A stretch of DNA of 64,000 nucleotides from an uncultured cyanobacterium (GCA_963710605.1 CAVQBA010000005.1:96001-160000); one strand, 5' to 3'; positions 31,254 through 41,149 are shown, counted from the first letter of the stretch. Translations and numbers: made by a program. The notes: generated by a model not told the origin, from the sequence alone.

Positions 31254-32528
31254 TCAACTCAACAAGTCTTTGAGAGAAGGGAGCGTTTTATCCTGACTGC
31301 CGCCCACAGCCAGCTTTTTAATTAGCAACGCAGAATTGTAGTCTCGGTCGCAGCTTAAACCACAGCTATCACATTCGTGCCAACGGTCACTTAGAGTTTT
31401 ACTGACTCTATTTAGACATTGACTACAATGCTGGCTAGTTCCTCTTGGATTAACTTTGACAATTCTAGTGCCGTACTTTTGGGCGACTATTTCTACTATT
31501 TCTAGGAAGTTCCCGACGGCATTGTCACTCCAAGATTTATTCATTCCAGAAGAAGAAGATTGTCCGTTCTTGACGAAAATACCGTCAACTTTCTTTGGCT
31601 TATTTCTACGCAACATGTTGCGGATTTTTAAATCCTCAATGGCTAAAACACTACAACTACTAGCTAATTTATGTGCCTGGTTATAGTGCCAATCTTTTCT
31701 AGCCCGCGCTATTTTTTGATGAAGTCTAGATATTGCCCGTCGCACGAGTCTTTTCGCCTTCACTGAACGGGTTTTATCTTCTAGTTTTCTCTGTAATTTA
31801 GCTAGTTTAGATTGAGATTTTCTAAGATGTCTTTGAGGTAAGGCTTGGTTTTCATTTGAATCTACATATAGTTTTTCGAGTCCAACGTCTATTCCAATTG
31901 TGTTTGAAAGAGTAGCAACTGTATCTATCTCTATTTCAGGAATAGATTTGTCTTCCACTGACAAGTTTACGTAGTAGCCATCTGCTTTTCTAGTTACAGA
32001 AACAGTTTTTAGCTTGAATCCAGATTCAATATCTCTGGAGTTGTGAAACTTAAGCACGCCTAGTTTTGGCAGTTTAATTGTGCTTTCCACTAAGTTTTTA
32101 TCTGGCACTTTGGGGAAGGTAAAGGTGCGATATCTAGCTTTATTTTTAAAGCGAGGTCGCCCACTTCTGTTGCCTTTTGAGTCTCCAGATTTGAATCTAT
32201 CAAACGCTAAGTTAACCCTTTTAACGCAGTCTTGAAGTACCTGAGAATATAATTCTCGATACCAAGGTCGCTCCTGCTTAAGTTGAGGCAAGGTAGCTGA
32301 CTGGCTGTGCCAATCGGGGTTGTTTCTTAACTCTCCACTGCCTATTTCACACCACCGAGCGCAATAGTTGCCTTGAGGAATTACCAGATTACAGCGATTC
32401 ATTTGCCACCAGCGAAATCTATCAGCCAACAAATAGTTGTACTGATGACGTAACATATCCAACCATCGGTCAATTTCTTGACGCTGGCTAGCTGTGGGAA
32501 TCAATTTGTACTGGTAGGTTTTTCTCAT
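31254..32528 (-). CDS. tnpB: RNA-guided endonuclease TnpB
   Basis: RuvC-I GIDVGL, RuvC-II AIEDL, Zn finger CSQC..CDSC, RuvC-III DRDYNSA; all catalytic residues present. Confidence 0.96.
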   Translation of the reverse strand: MRKTYQYKLIPTASQRQEIDRWLDMLRHQYNYLLADRFRWWQMNRCNLVIPQGNYCARWCEIGSGELRNNPDWHSQSATLPQLKQERPWYRELYSQVLQDCVKRVNLAFDRFKSGDSKGNRSGRPRFKNKARYRTFTFPKVPDKNLVESTIKLPKLGVLKFHNSRDIESGFKLKTVSVTRKADGYYVNLSVEDKSIPEIEIDTVATLSNTIGIDVGLEKLYVDSNENQALPQRHLRKSQSKLAKLQRKLEDKTRSVKAKRLVRRAISRLHQKIARARKDWHYNQAHKLASSCSVLAIEDLKIRNMLRRNKPKKVDGIFVKNGQSSSSGMNKSWSDNAVGNFLEIVEIVAQKYGTRIVKVNPRGTSQHCSQCLNRVSKTLSDRWHECDSCGLSCDRDYNSALLIKKLAVGGSQDKTLPSLKDLLS

Positions 32529-33018
32529 GGTAAGATACAGTTTATTATTAACTGTACATAAAAGTCAAGCTTTGAAAATTAACTATCGTAGTAGTCGTAG
32601 AGCAGTGTTTAATTTAACCGTTCACATTGTTCTAGTAACAAAGTACCGACGAAAGGTGATTGATGCTGCTATGAAAACAGAATTAGAGCTTGTGTTCAAT
32701 TCGGTATTAACTTCTTGGGACAGTGAGTTACTCGAGTTTAATTGTGAGTCAGACCACGCTCATTTAATCGTGTCATTCCCACCACACAAGCTTTTAAGTA
32801 GTTTAATATCTAATTTAAAAGCCACATCATCAAAGACAATGTGGCGCAAGTTCGAGTCAAAAGTTTCTCCGTTCTACAGCAAGAGAGTTTTTTGGACGGG
32901 TGCGTATTTTGTAGCAAGCTGCGGAGGAGTTACGATAGATGTACTGAAAAAATATGTCCAAAACCAAGATTCTCCACCACCCAAGCCAGCCCAAAATTCA
33001 TCCCATCACGGGACGTGA
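32527..33018 (+). CDS. tnpA: Y1 HUH transposase TnpA (start may be TTG 32572)
   Basis: HIVLVTKYRRKV, DHAHL (HUH), FWTGAYF, catalytic Y in KKYVQNQ. Confidence 0.95.
   Translation: MVRYSLLLTVHKSQALKINYRSSRRAVFNLTVHIVLVTKYRRKVIDAAMKTELELVFNSVLTSWDSELLEFNCESDHAHLIVSFPPHKLLSSLISNLKATSSKTMWRKFESKVSPFYSKRVFWTGAYFVASCGGVTIDVLKKYVQNQDSPPPKPAQNSSHHGT
32539..32568 (-). promoter_or_regulatory. Possible sigma70 promoter for tnpB
   Basis: TTGACT-N18-TAAACT ending 10 nt before the tnpB ATG, overlapping a TACAGTT/AACTGTA inverted repeat. Confidence 0.35.
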
Positions 33019-33244
33019 GGATCTTCTTTTGGAAGAAAAGATAAATAATGATTAAATACAGTTTGGTTGCTTTGATTATACAAGTTTAGACAACTACAAA
33101 CAAAATTGTACCAAAATATAATACTTTTTACTTGTTGTTTAGAGATGGAGAGTAAACTCTACAATACAATCAAAATGAATCAAGTTTGATTATGTCAAAA
33201 TAGATGTAATACATATAAATGAGCTAAAAATTGATTATTAACTA

Positions 33245-33796
33245 ATGAATATTAATTGGGATAAACTAGCACAAGTACCAGAATTGCACTCTTATTTTGA
33301 GGAAGACTTTTCCGGGTTTAAAAATAAAATTGAAAAATACTTACAACAATGGTCAAATATCAGTGAGGAAGACTTAGATAAATTAGCCATATTAAGAGCA
33401 TTAGAAGTTACCAATGGTTGTACCCAATGGGCGCATCGTCGAGGAGATGAAGAGTCTTTATCTCTTGAGCAAACCCGTAAATGTATGAAGCTATCCATGT
33501 CTTCAATTAAAAATAAACAAATTGATTTAACTAATGGTGAATCGATTACTTTTTCGCCTCAAATGCAAGAGTTAATTGAAGATGGTAGAGAAATTTATAT
33601 AAATGCTTTTAAAAATAATGTACCAGATCAAGACCGAGAATTTTATGCCTTATCTGCCGCTCAATTTCTCACTTACGGTAAACCAAGAATGAAAAAAGCG
33701 TTTTTGCTCATTCGTGATAATTATGAAGATTATTTTACTGATTTCTATCTAGCAAAAGGAGTTAGTTATGTTGTACCTTATTTACAAGCAGTTTAA
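33245..33796 (+). CDS. Conserved hypothetical protein
   Basis: 183-aa ORF with LRALEVTNGCTQWAHRRGD; no family recognised. Confidence 0.7.
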   Translation: MNINWDKLAQVPELHSYFEEDFSGFKNKIEKYLQQWSNISEEDLDKLAILRALEVTNGCTQWAHRRGDEESLSLEQTRKCMKLSMSSIKNKQIDLTNGESITFSPQMQELIEDGREIYINAFKNNVPDQDREFYALSAAQFLTYGKPRMKKAFLLIRDNYEDYFTDFYLAKGVSYVVPYLQAV

Positions 33797-33953
33797 AAAA
33801 TTAATCGTTGAACTTGAGAGATTTGATTTAACATTATTAAATAAACATCTTGCATATTTAACAAAACCTCAATGTTAGCGATTAATAACTAAACGATCGA
33901 TCTAATTAACTAATCGCTAACTAAAAAAACATAATAATTAATTACTTAATTAC

Positions 33954-34274
33954 TTAATTACTTTGACCAAATTGACGATCGTAAACCTCATCTTCTTTCC
34001 CTGTTTCCACCTTCAGATTCGATCGAGGATAAGAAACACATAATAAAGCATAACCCTCAGCCTGCAAATCAGGAGATAAACCCATCCCCTCACTTTGCTC
34101 AACTTCACCACTAATAATTTTCGCCGCACAAGTGGTACAAACTCCAGCATTACAAGAAGAAGGAAGAGGTAAATCTTGCTCTTGAGCAACATCTAAAATT
34201 TTCTTGTCTTCGGGGACTTCAATTGTATAATTTTCCCCAGCGTTACTAATTTCTACCGTATAAACCTGACTCAT
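33954..34274 (-). CDS. Plant-type 2Fe-2S ferredoxin (FdC1/Fed3-like)
   Basis: SCNAGVCTTC...LLCVSYPRS; C-terminal EDEVYDRQFG. Confidence 0.92.
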   Translation of the reverse strand: MSQVYTVEISNAGENYTIEVPEDKKILDVAQEQDLPLPSSCNAGVCTTCAAKIISGEVEQSEGMGLSPDLQAEGYALLCVSYPRSNLKVETGKEDEVYDRQFGQSN

Positions 34275-34431
34275 AAAATTTTTTTGATGCTTTCGTTATT
34301 AGATCACAAATCATGATTATACCTTAGATGAAGGATGAAGGATGAATAATTAATAGACCTCTTGCAAAAATACGAACAAAATGAGAGAAAATAAGTTAAA
34401 AGCTAATTTTAAATTATACCCACTTAAAACA

Positions 34432-35148
34432 CTATCTCAAAAAAGTACCGAAAAGATCGCTCAGATAATAACTTTTACTAGAAGTACGTTTATATATCAC
34501 AAAGATATACCAAAAAATAAAACTCAACACAAACATCTCACCACCATCTTCGGTTACGGCAAAAACTAAATCTAATATCGGATCTGACTTTACCATTGAA
34601 TGCAACATATCAACAACAATACCGAAAAAAGCTAAGACTAAAATCAGAAGACATAAATCTTGAGATATTTTCCTAAATACTTTTGTTCCATTTTTATAAC
34701 TCCAAACAAGAAGAAACAACAGACAAATACCAGCTATTGCGGTAGTTACAAGCTCACCAATATCTTGAAGACGTAACCCAAGTGGAGGAATAAAATCCAG
34801 TTTTTCGGCGATGACTTTACCTACTTTTTCGTGTATTTCTAGCGAGTCATCAGCAAGAAAGTAAATGAATATTATTTCCCAAGTAATATAACGAAGCGAT
34901 CGTTTTTTCCATGAGACAAGTGTCAGTAAAGCAATTATCCAGAACATTTTTAAATACTGAAATTTTTCTGGATAACCTCCATCTTTGGTAATCATGAATA
35001 CAGCACGGGTATCGCCGGGTGTGAAAACATCAACGCAATGTTTGATAATAAAAGCAAGATCGATACTTAAAAACAAAATTAAAAACAATGATGCAATAGG
35101 TATATTGAAAGCCTGTAAATATTTCCTAATTGAAATTACTTTTGCCAT
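34432..35148 (-). CDS. Hypothetical multi-pass membrane protein
   Basis: About 6 TM helices; DGGYPEKFQY, DDSLEIHE, EDGGEM motifs. Confidence 0.75.
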   Translation of the reverse strand: MAKVISIRKYLQAFNIPIASLFLILFLSIDLAFIIKHCVDVFTPGDTRAVFMITKDGGYPEKFQYLKMFWIIALLTLVSWKKRSLRYITWEIIFIYFLADDSLEIHEKVGKVIAEKLDFIPPLGLRLQDIGELVTTAIAGICLLFLLVWSYKNGTKVFRKISQDLCLLILVLAFFGIVVDMLHSMVKSDPILDLVFAVTEDGGEMFVLSFIFWYIFVIYKRTSSKSYYLSDLFGTFLR

Positions 35149-35396
35149 GAATTGTAATTTTAACTAATTATTATCTGTGAGTTAAGGTCTGATTAAAAAT
35201 TAATAGGGTTATTGTATAGTAATGGCAAGATTATGTACACTGAATTGTTTATTATTTAATCTCTAATTCGTTTTTTAGTTAGTAATTCTGAAGCTTATTC
35301 ACACTAACTCGATCGTTATTTATTTTTTAAAAGCTAGATTCAGTAATACCTTTGACTCTTAATCAAATTAACTGGCAATAGGTTATATTCAGCTAT

Positions 35397-36179
35397 TTAA
35401 ATCGATCGATAAATAAATGCTTGGCAAACTACCAAACTTATAGATAGACAAATAACAAGTACAGAAGCAATCCAATGAGATGTTTTGACTTGAGCAGTTT
35501 TTCTGCCTGATAGAAATCGATATTGTTGCCCATATCCTCTTAATTTCATCGCTTGATATACCCTTTGTGAATCGTCATAGCTTCTAATAAGTAAACTACC
35601 AATCAAATTAGTCACGATCGTTAACTGCCGACTGTTATAATGATGTAAGCTAAAACCTTTGAGTCTTAAAGCTTTTTTCATCGTATCTAATCGATCGCTA
35701 AATTGTTCTAAATAACGATAAGTCAATAACATCATATCGGCAATTACAGGCGAAAGACCAAAAGAATTAAAACTTTTAATCAAAGTTAAAAAAGAAGAAG
35801 TAGCTAACAAAACCAAAGTAGTTGTCAGAATGCAAACAAAACGAGTAACTACAACTAACATCAAGATACAACCTTCTCTTTTGATATCTAAACCAGCCCA
35901 AGAAAAAATTACATCTTCACCCGTCAAAAACGGAAGCAAAATAACTACTCCTAAAATAAACATCCCTGGATAACGCAGACGATGAAACAAAAAACTCAAC
36001 GGTAGTTTAGAAAGCAGATAAATCAAAGCCGTAATAACAATAATAATCGGTAAAAAAGCTAACTGATTAATAAAAGTAAAACTAAAAATTAAAGCAATAA
36101 AAGCGATTAATTTAGGGCGACATTGCCAACGATGAAGACAAGAATCTAATTGTAAATATTTTTCTAAACCAAGTTTCAC
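35397..36179 (-). CDS. cbiQ: Co/Ni ECF transporter T component
   Basis: DSCLHRW..RPKL, LTYRYL, A..LRG motifs; likely start GTG 36179, since the track's N-terminal extension is translated tandem repeat. Confidence 0.9.
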   Translation of the reverse strand: MKLGLEKYLQLDSCLHRWQCRPKLIAFIALIFSFTFINQLAFLPIIIVITALIYLLSKLPLSFLFHRLRYPGMFILGVVILLPFLTGEDVIFSWAGLDIKREGCILMLVVVTRFVCILTTTLVLLATSSFLTLIKSFNSFGLSPVIADMMLLTYRYLEQFSDRLDTMKKALRLKGFSLHHYNSRQLTIVTNLIGSLLIRSYDDSQRVYQAMKLRGYGQQYRFLSGRKTAQVKTSHWIASVLVICLSISLVVCQAFIYRSI

Positions 36180-36181
36180 GA

Positions 36182-36237
36182 TGATAGTTGATAGTTGATA
36201 GTTGATAGTTGATAGTTGATAGTTGATAGTTGACAAT
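36182..36237. repeat. Heptamer tandem repeat (TGATAGT)7 plus TGACAAT
   Basis: Seven perfect 7-mers counted between cbiM and cbiQ. Confidence 0.95.
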
Positions 36238-36306
36238 TAATATTTTTTACTTCTTACTTCATCCCTCATCCTTCATATTTCATCCTTTGCACGAGTGCTG
36301 TCGTTA

Positions 36307-36945
36307 TTAATTTTTGAGCATTTCGGGTTTTACTTTTGTTAGTAGATTAATTAACATGACAGTAAGAATACCTTCAATAATTGCCTGAATTCCATACCCG
36401 ATTAAAGAAGCTAAAATAGCAGTTTTCTCTGTATCAATATCTAAATCAGGTGCAATATTTGTCAAAGTAACAAATACAAAAATCAAAGCTGATAAAAAGA
36501 TACTACTTGTAGAAGAGATAAAAGCTAAAAGATTATAGAATAAAGGCTTTTTAAAAATAGCTACTTTTCGTAATGACCAAATATAATAAGCGATAATTGA
36601 AGGTACACCCATAATAATCGCATTAACTCCTAAAGTTGATAAACCACCGTGTTGAAAAAATATTGTCTGGAATAATAAACCAATCAAAATAGCAGGAAAA
36701 GCATAGTAACCTAAAATCATCCCCATCAATCCATTTAAAACTAAATGAATACTGAAAGGAGGGATAGGAATATGTATTAAAGAAGCCACAAAAAAAGCGG
36801 CTGTCAGTAAAGATGCCTTAGGTATTTCCTCAGGAGAATTAGAATGTCGATTTATTTGGCGTAGAGAAAACCAAGTTATTCCACCAGTAATTGCATAGCT
36901 AGAAATACAAACAGAAGGTGGTAATAATCCGTCAGGAATATGCAT
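36307..36945 (-). CDS. cbiM: Co/Ni ECF transporter S component
   Basis: MHIPDGLL N-terminus; SIHLVLNGL; HGGLSTLGVN. Confidence 0.95.
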   Translation of the reverse strand: MHIPDGLLPPSVCISSYAITGGITWFSLRQINRHSNSPEEIPKASLLTAAFFVASLIHIPIPPFSIHLVLNGLMGMILGYYAFPAILIGLLFQTIFFQHGGLSTLGVNAIIMGVPSIIAYYIWSLRKVAIFKKPLFYNLLAFISSTSSIFLSALIFVFVTLTNIAPDLDIDTEKTAILASLIGYGIQAIIEGILTVMLINLLTKVKPEMLKN

Positions 36946-36951
36946 GAAAAT

Positions 36952-37509
36952 TTAATTAAGAGTTTTGTTTTTACGAGAAAAGAATAAAGCTGTACCCACA
37001 AATCCCCAACTACCCATCATTGCCATTAACAACTTTTGTGGTAGTGATAGCGGTGCTTTATTATCTGTTTGTATCGAAGAAGAATATGTATTTGTCTTGT
37101 TTTCTTCTTCTGAGGCTAGTTTTTTTTCTTCAGGAAGACTATCTGTCTTTAGTTGATTCGCTGATGAGGAAGACAGTTGTGATTGAATCGGGATATTGAT
37201 TACATTACCATGCCCTGCTGAACGAACTTTAACACTCCAGTTTCCTTCGTTATTATAGTCGGGAATAAAACTAAATTTACCTTGTTCATCGGTTAAGCCT
37301 TTTTGCCATGCCACAGAGGGTTTGTCTGGTGCATAAACTACTACTTGAGCATTTACCATTGGTTGCCCATTATCAAATTTAGCTTCAATTGCAATCGCTT
37401 CTGTCGCTTGATACTCAATAATAGTACTATGAGCCAAACTGGGGTTAGGAAAAACAACTGAAGTGATTATTAACCCCAAAGTAAATGCTGGTAATTGTTT
37501 ACGAATCAT
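36952..37509 (-). CDS. Periplasmic membrane-anchored accessory component of the Co/Ni ECF transporter
   Basis: Signal peptide ending SLA-H; GQPM..AQV.VYAP..P...WQKG.TD..G.F.F; C-terminal TM; co-oriented with cbiM. Confidence 0.75.
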   Translation of the reverse strand: MIRKQLPAFTLGLIITSVVFPNPSLAHSTIIEYQATEAIAIEAKFDNGQPMVNAQVVVYAPDKPSVAWQKGLTDEQGKFSFIPDYNNEGNWSVKVRSAGHGNVINIPIQSQLSSSSANQLKTDSLPEEKKLASEEENKTNTYSSSIQTDNKAPLSLPQKLLMAMMGSWGFVGTALFFSRKNKTLN

Positions 37510-38354
37510 CTGTATTAGCTCCTTTGAACATTCTTTGTTTTGATTTGTTTTTGAATCTAAGGTATCAACAATGTAATTATTTTCAAATTTTTTTGAGACA
37601 TTTTACGATTAATCTATTATTTATTGTTACTCGAATTCTTTCTTCAAAAATTATTGCCACCTTGTTATCATACTCAAATAAAATTTGTTTTTTGACAATG
37701 CCCTCTTGGGGTATATTCTCTATTTTCCTTCTTTTTACAATTATTAAAACTATCTATTTTTATGACTGATATAAACATTTACCAAAATAAATTAATAACT
37801 ATTGATTTATTTGAAGAAAGGTAAATAAAATAACTGATTTTGACAGGTCAAAAGTAACTGATGTAACGTAATATCCTACAATTAATTTACTTGAAAATAT
37901 TAACTGCTATGATGATGATGATTAATAATAAATGTAAAGAATTATTAATTTGTTTGAATGATGATGAAAATCAAACCAGATGATATTTTATTGAAGGGAA
38001 AAAGCTTGATGGTATCTATCTAAGGGTAGATATTTGAGGTCAGATCGATCGATACTCAAGTATCAACTAATTAAGGAGAATCGGTTGTTAAATGTTAGCC
38101 TTTGATTAACTAAGCCATTACTTTGGCTTCTTTTTTGAGAGAAGAAAGAGTCAACTTAAACAGTTTTAGATGCTCATAAATCCTCTATATATAAGGAGAT
38201 ATTTTTATTTAAAGAATGTAGAGAATAATTTTATTGAACTTTGTTAGTAAAAAGAGATAGAGAAATTAAAAAAATACGATCGATTCTACTGCTTATAGTC
38301 AATAAAAGTAAGTAAAAAATATAATTTCCCGAAACAAAAAACTGTAAAATATGG

Positions 38355-38642
38355 TTAAATAATTTGAGCGATAATCTCTTCTAATTCCGACTTGTCTAAA
38401 CTGGTAATGATAAATACTTCTTGAACACTTTTACCACATCTAGCGATTAATTTATGTCCTCCATAAATTGGTACAGATACCTTTAATCTCATCTTAGGAG
38501 AATGCAATCGAGAACGACTCAACACCGCAGGAGTAATAGTTCTCACTTCATCATATTTTACTAGTTTTTCTAAAATCGGGATCAAACCATCAATATGAGT
38601 TGAGTGATTCCAAACTATTCTACCTTGCGATGGTTTATTCAT
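38355..38642 (-). CDS. DUF2103-like protein
   Basis: GRIVWNHSTHIDGLIPILEKL...GGHKLIAR.GKSVQEVF; ATGA overlap with the clpS stop. Confidence 0.8.
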   Translation of the reverse strand: MNKPSQGRIVWNHSTHIDGLIPILEKLVKYDEVRTITPAVLSRSRLHSPKMRLKVSVPIYGGHKLIARCGKSVQEVFIITSLDKSELEEIIAQII

Positions 38643-38945
38643 GCTTGCTCCAACGGTGCCATTGTCAATCCTTCTCTGCGTAATTGTTGGTGATACATTT
38701 CAGCTTGTTCTAATCGGCCCTGTCCAGACTAATGCTTGCCCATCAAAATGAACTTGATTGGTTAATTCCCAAGCTCTATCATCAGATACATTCGGGATAT
38801 ATCTCATTAAGCAATTAGAAACGTGTTCAAATGTATTAAAATCATCATTCAGAACAATTACTTTAAAATTGGGGTAAGTTTTTTTAATAACTTGGGGAGA
38901 TTTAGTTGGAGAAATGATACTAGTTGCCAAAATAGTCGCACTCAT
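38639..38945 (-). CDS. clpS: Clp protease adaptor ClpS with apparent 1-nt insertion
   Basis: KVIVLNDDFNTFEHV...VHFDGQALVWTGP; deleting one A after CCG restores LEQAEMYHQQLRREGLTMAPLEQA*. Confidence 0.88.
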
Positions 38946-39061
38946 AACTTAATACAAATAAATTTAGTGATTAAAACTTGAAGATTTCGTTTAACCTTAT
39001 TTTTAATATATACCACATTTTATCTCAATTGTATAGACCTAATATTTAAAATCAGGCTAAT

Positions 39062-39388
39062 TTAAGAACAACTATTAGAACGAGTAGGAGACAATATTGC
39101 TGAGCGTCTAAATTCAGCTAAATACTGTTCTAGAAGTACTAATTGAGCTACATTTAAACTATAATAAGTCCAACGTCCTTGCTGACGGCTGTGAACTAAA
39201 TTAGTCTCACGCAAAGTTTTGAGATGGAAAGATAATTTAGACTGAGGAATATCTAAAATCTGAGTAATTTCACAAACACATAATTCTTTAGTACGTAATA
39301 AATCTAGTACTTGTAATCTAATGTTATCTGATAAAGCATGAAAACCCATTATCAGTAACTCTTGTTGGTTAATAGTAGTTGATGTCAT
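39062..39388 (-). CDS. ArsR/SmtB-family transcriptional regulator
   Basis: FHALSD..RL, ELCVCE, QSKLSFHLKTL, RQQGRW.YY. Confidence 0.93.
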   Translation of the reverse strand: MTSTTINQQELLIMGFHALSDNIRLQVLDLLRTKELCVCEITQILDIPQSKLSFHLKTLRETNLVHSRQQGRWTYYSLNVAQLVLLEQYLAEFRRSAILSPTRSNSCS

Positions 39389-39506
39389 CTGTATGCTTAT
39401 AAATTATAAATTGTCATCTAATTATAGAAAAATTAAAGTAATTATGTTGATTGAGCAAAAAAACTCAAGTCAACTTTAAATCAAACTAGTTTTTTCCTGT
39501 AAGCTA

Positions 39507-40160
39507 TTAATCTAGAATTGTACAAACTTTGGCACGATAAAGTAATCTATCTTGATGACGATAACCTAGATAACGAATTTTGACAGGTTGAGCAGATTCA
39601 ACATTAGAATCTGAAGAATAAATTAATTCATGTTCTTGAGGATTATAATCAACTATTTCTCCTACTTTACCAATCGGATAAACTTGCCAATCTAATAATA
39701 AGTCGTTTAATGGTGTTAGTAAAGGTATTAGTTTGCTAACGGGAATACGAGGATTTTTTTCTGAAACATAGATGAATGTTGGCAGTTGCAAGATTAAAGA
39801 CTCTAAGATAGACAATGCTTCTTGTTGATATTCGTATCTTCTGTTGTTTTCTTCTTCTTCTTTTGCTTCTTCCTTTACTTCTTCTTGTTGTAATAGTATT
39901 TGATCACGATCGTTATCTTCACTTAAACTATCAATTAAAGTATTAAGCGAAATTTGTAAACTAGCGGCAATTTTCTTTAAAATTCCCAAAGAAATACTAT
40001 CTAGTAAACCATTTTCCAGACGGTACAATTGTACAGGAGAAATATCAGCGATTTTACTCAATTGCTGATAATTATTAATTTTAGCTTCAGTCATCCATTG
40101 TTGTAAGACAGATGATATATAATTGTGATTACTATTTTTCATAACCAGTTTCTCATTCAA
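39507..40160 (-). CDS. XRE-type HTH protein with GrpE-like C-terminus
   Basis: N-terminal HTH (QQLSKIADIS..QLYRLENG); C-terminal YNPQEHEL...VKIRYLGY....LLYRAKV. Confidence 0.7.
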   Translation of the reverse strand: MNEKLVMKNSNHNYISSVLQQWMTEAKINNYQQLSKIADISPVQLYRLENGLLDSISLGILKKIAASLQISLNTLIDSLSEDNDRDQILLQQEEVKEEAKEEEENNRRYEYQQEALSILESLILQLPTFIYVSEKNPRIPVSKLIPLLTPLNDLLLDWQVYPIGKVGEIVDYNPQEHELIYSSDSNVESAQPVKIRYLGYRHQDRLLYRAKVCTILD

Positions 40161-40304
40161 TTTAAATTACAAATAATTAATTCCTAGATTGTTATTAATC
40201 AAATATTATTTTGTCATTTATTAAGGCAAATATATCAGGGCGAATAAATTTGATCTAGTCTTTAACAAATATATATATTTTCTCTTATATTTTCAATATT
40301 ACTA

Positions 40305-41114
40305 ATGACAGAGTTCAATCAATTTCCTCAGATACCTATTTCACCTAGAGTATCGATTAACGAATTTTTTGGGATTAAGCAATATAGTTTATTCCACACT
40401 CTCAAAAAACCACAATTTACCGGTGAATTAAAGCTAATTTCCCCAAGAAAAGAACAATGGACTTTTTATCTTTATTTAGGAAGAATTATTTATGCGACAG
40501 GAGGAAAACATTCGGTAAGAAGATGGTGTAGAAATGTTAACAAAGTTGCCCCTAGTTTGGTTAATCAGTTGTCATCACTTAATAATCACATTTTTGAACA
40601 AACACAATTTAGACGTTATTGGGAATATGAATTAATTAACTATTTACTGACTCAAAATATGATTACCACTGTCCAAATTAATCAAATTATTCGGGGAATA
40701 CTTTTAGAAATTTTTTTTGATATTAGCCAACAAATGGAAGTTGTTTTTGAGCTAACCGAAAATAAACCTTTATCAACTCAATTAGTGTTTATTAATTCTG
40801 ATCAAATTATTCTAGAAGCCGCTGAAGTTTGGAATAAATGGACAGAAGCGAAATTAGCCGATCGTTCTCCTAATTTTAGCCCCATAATCCTTCAATTTCA
40901 AGAGTTGCAAAAACGGACTTCTGCTCATAGTTATCGAATGATGTTTGATTCATTTAATGGGAAAAAAACGCTACGTGATTTGAGTATTGAGTTAAATCAA
41001 GAAATCTCTTTTCTGACTAAAGTTATTTTACCCTACATTCAACGAGGTTTAATCGATTTAGTCGCAATACCTGATTTGCCTTGCCCACTTAAAAAGTTAA
41101 GAGTTAAAAGTTAA
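40305..41114 (+). CDS. PatA N-terminal (PATAN/DUF4388) domain protein without receiver
   Basis: FTGELKL...WTFYLYLGRIIYATGGKHSVRRW, DRSPN, TLRDL; ends before any REC domain. Confidence 0.85.
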   Translation: MTEFNQFPQIPISPRVSINEFFGIKQYSLFHTLKKPQFTGELKLISPRKEQWTFYLYLGRIIYATGGKHSVRRWCRNVNKVAPSLVNQLSSLNNHIFEQTQFRRYWEYELINYLLTQNMITTVQINQIIRGILLEIFFDISQQMEVVFELTENKPLSTQLVFINSDQIILEAAEVWNKWTEAKLADRSPNFSPIILQFQELQKRTSAHSYRMMFDSFNGKKTLRDLSIELNQEISFLTKVILPYIQRGLIDLVAIPDLPCPLKKLRVKS

Positions 41115-41149
41115 AAGTTAAGAAATTTACTATCTCTAACAGCTAAAAC

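Larger units (their letters stand above)
28873..33040 (-). mobile_element. IS200/IS605-family element (IS605 group, divergent tnpA/tnpB) interrupted at its last nucleotide by a group II intron
   Basis: Right end GAAT-CCCTCGC-ccatgc-GCGACGGG-AGTATGTCA|intron|A; left-end hairpin CCAAAA..ATCCTCAC..GTGATGGGAT..TTTTGG preceded by putative target motif TTTAT (plus ataaa 33041-33045). Confidence 0.88.

Noticed and set aside
32561-32569. AAAGTCAAG identical to the plus-strand copy of the EBS1 loop, as a second intron target
   Set aside because: No IBS2 match upstream; better explained as the TTGACT -35 element or chance.
28873-33040. Classical IStron
   Set aside because: IStrons are group I introns containing the IS genes; here a group II intron is nested in the IS end and tnpA/tnpB lie outside it.
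36180-36236. N-terminal STINYQL repeats of CbiQ
   Set aside because: Translation of the heptamer repeat; the likely start is GTG 36179.
37485-37769. 94-aa ORF and other short ORFs antisense to or overlapping long genes (e.g. 2252, 5504, 7257, 10805, 20684, 27856, 30747, 46687)
   Set aside because: No recognisable motifs; consistent with shadow ORFs in AT-rich DNA.
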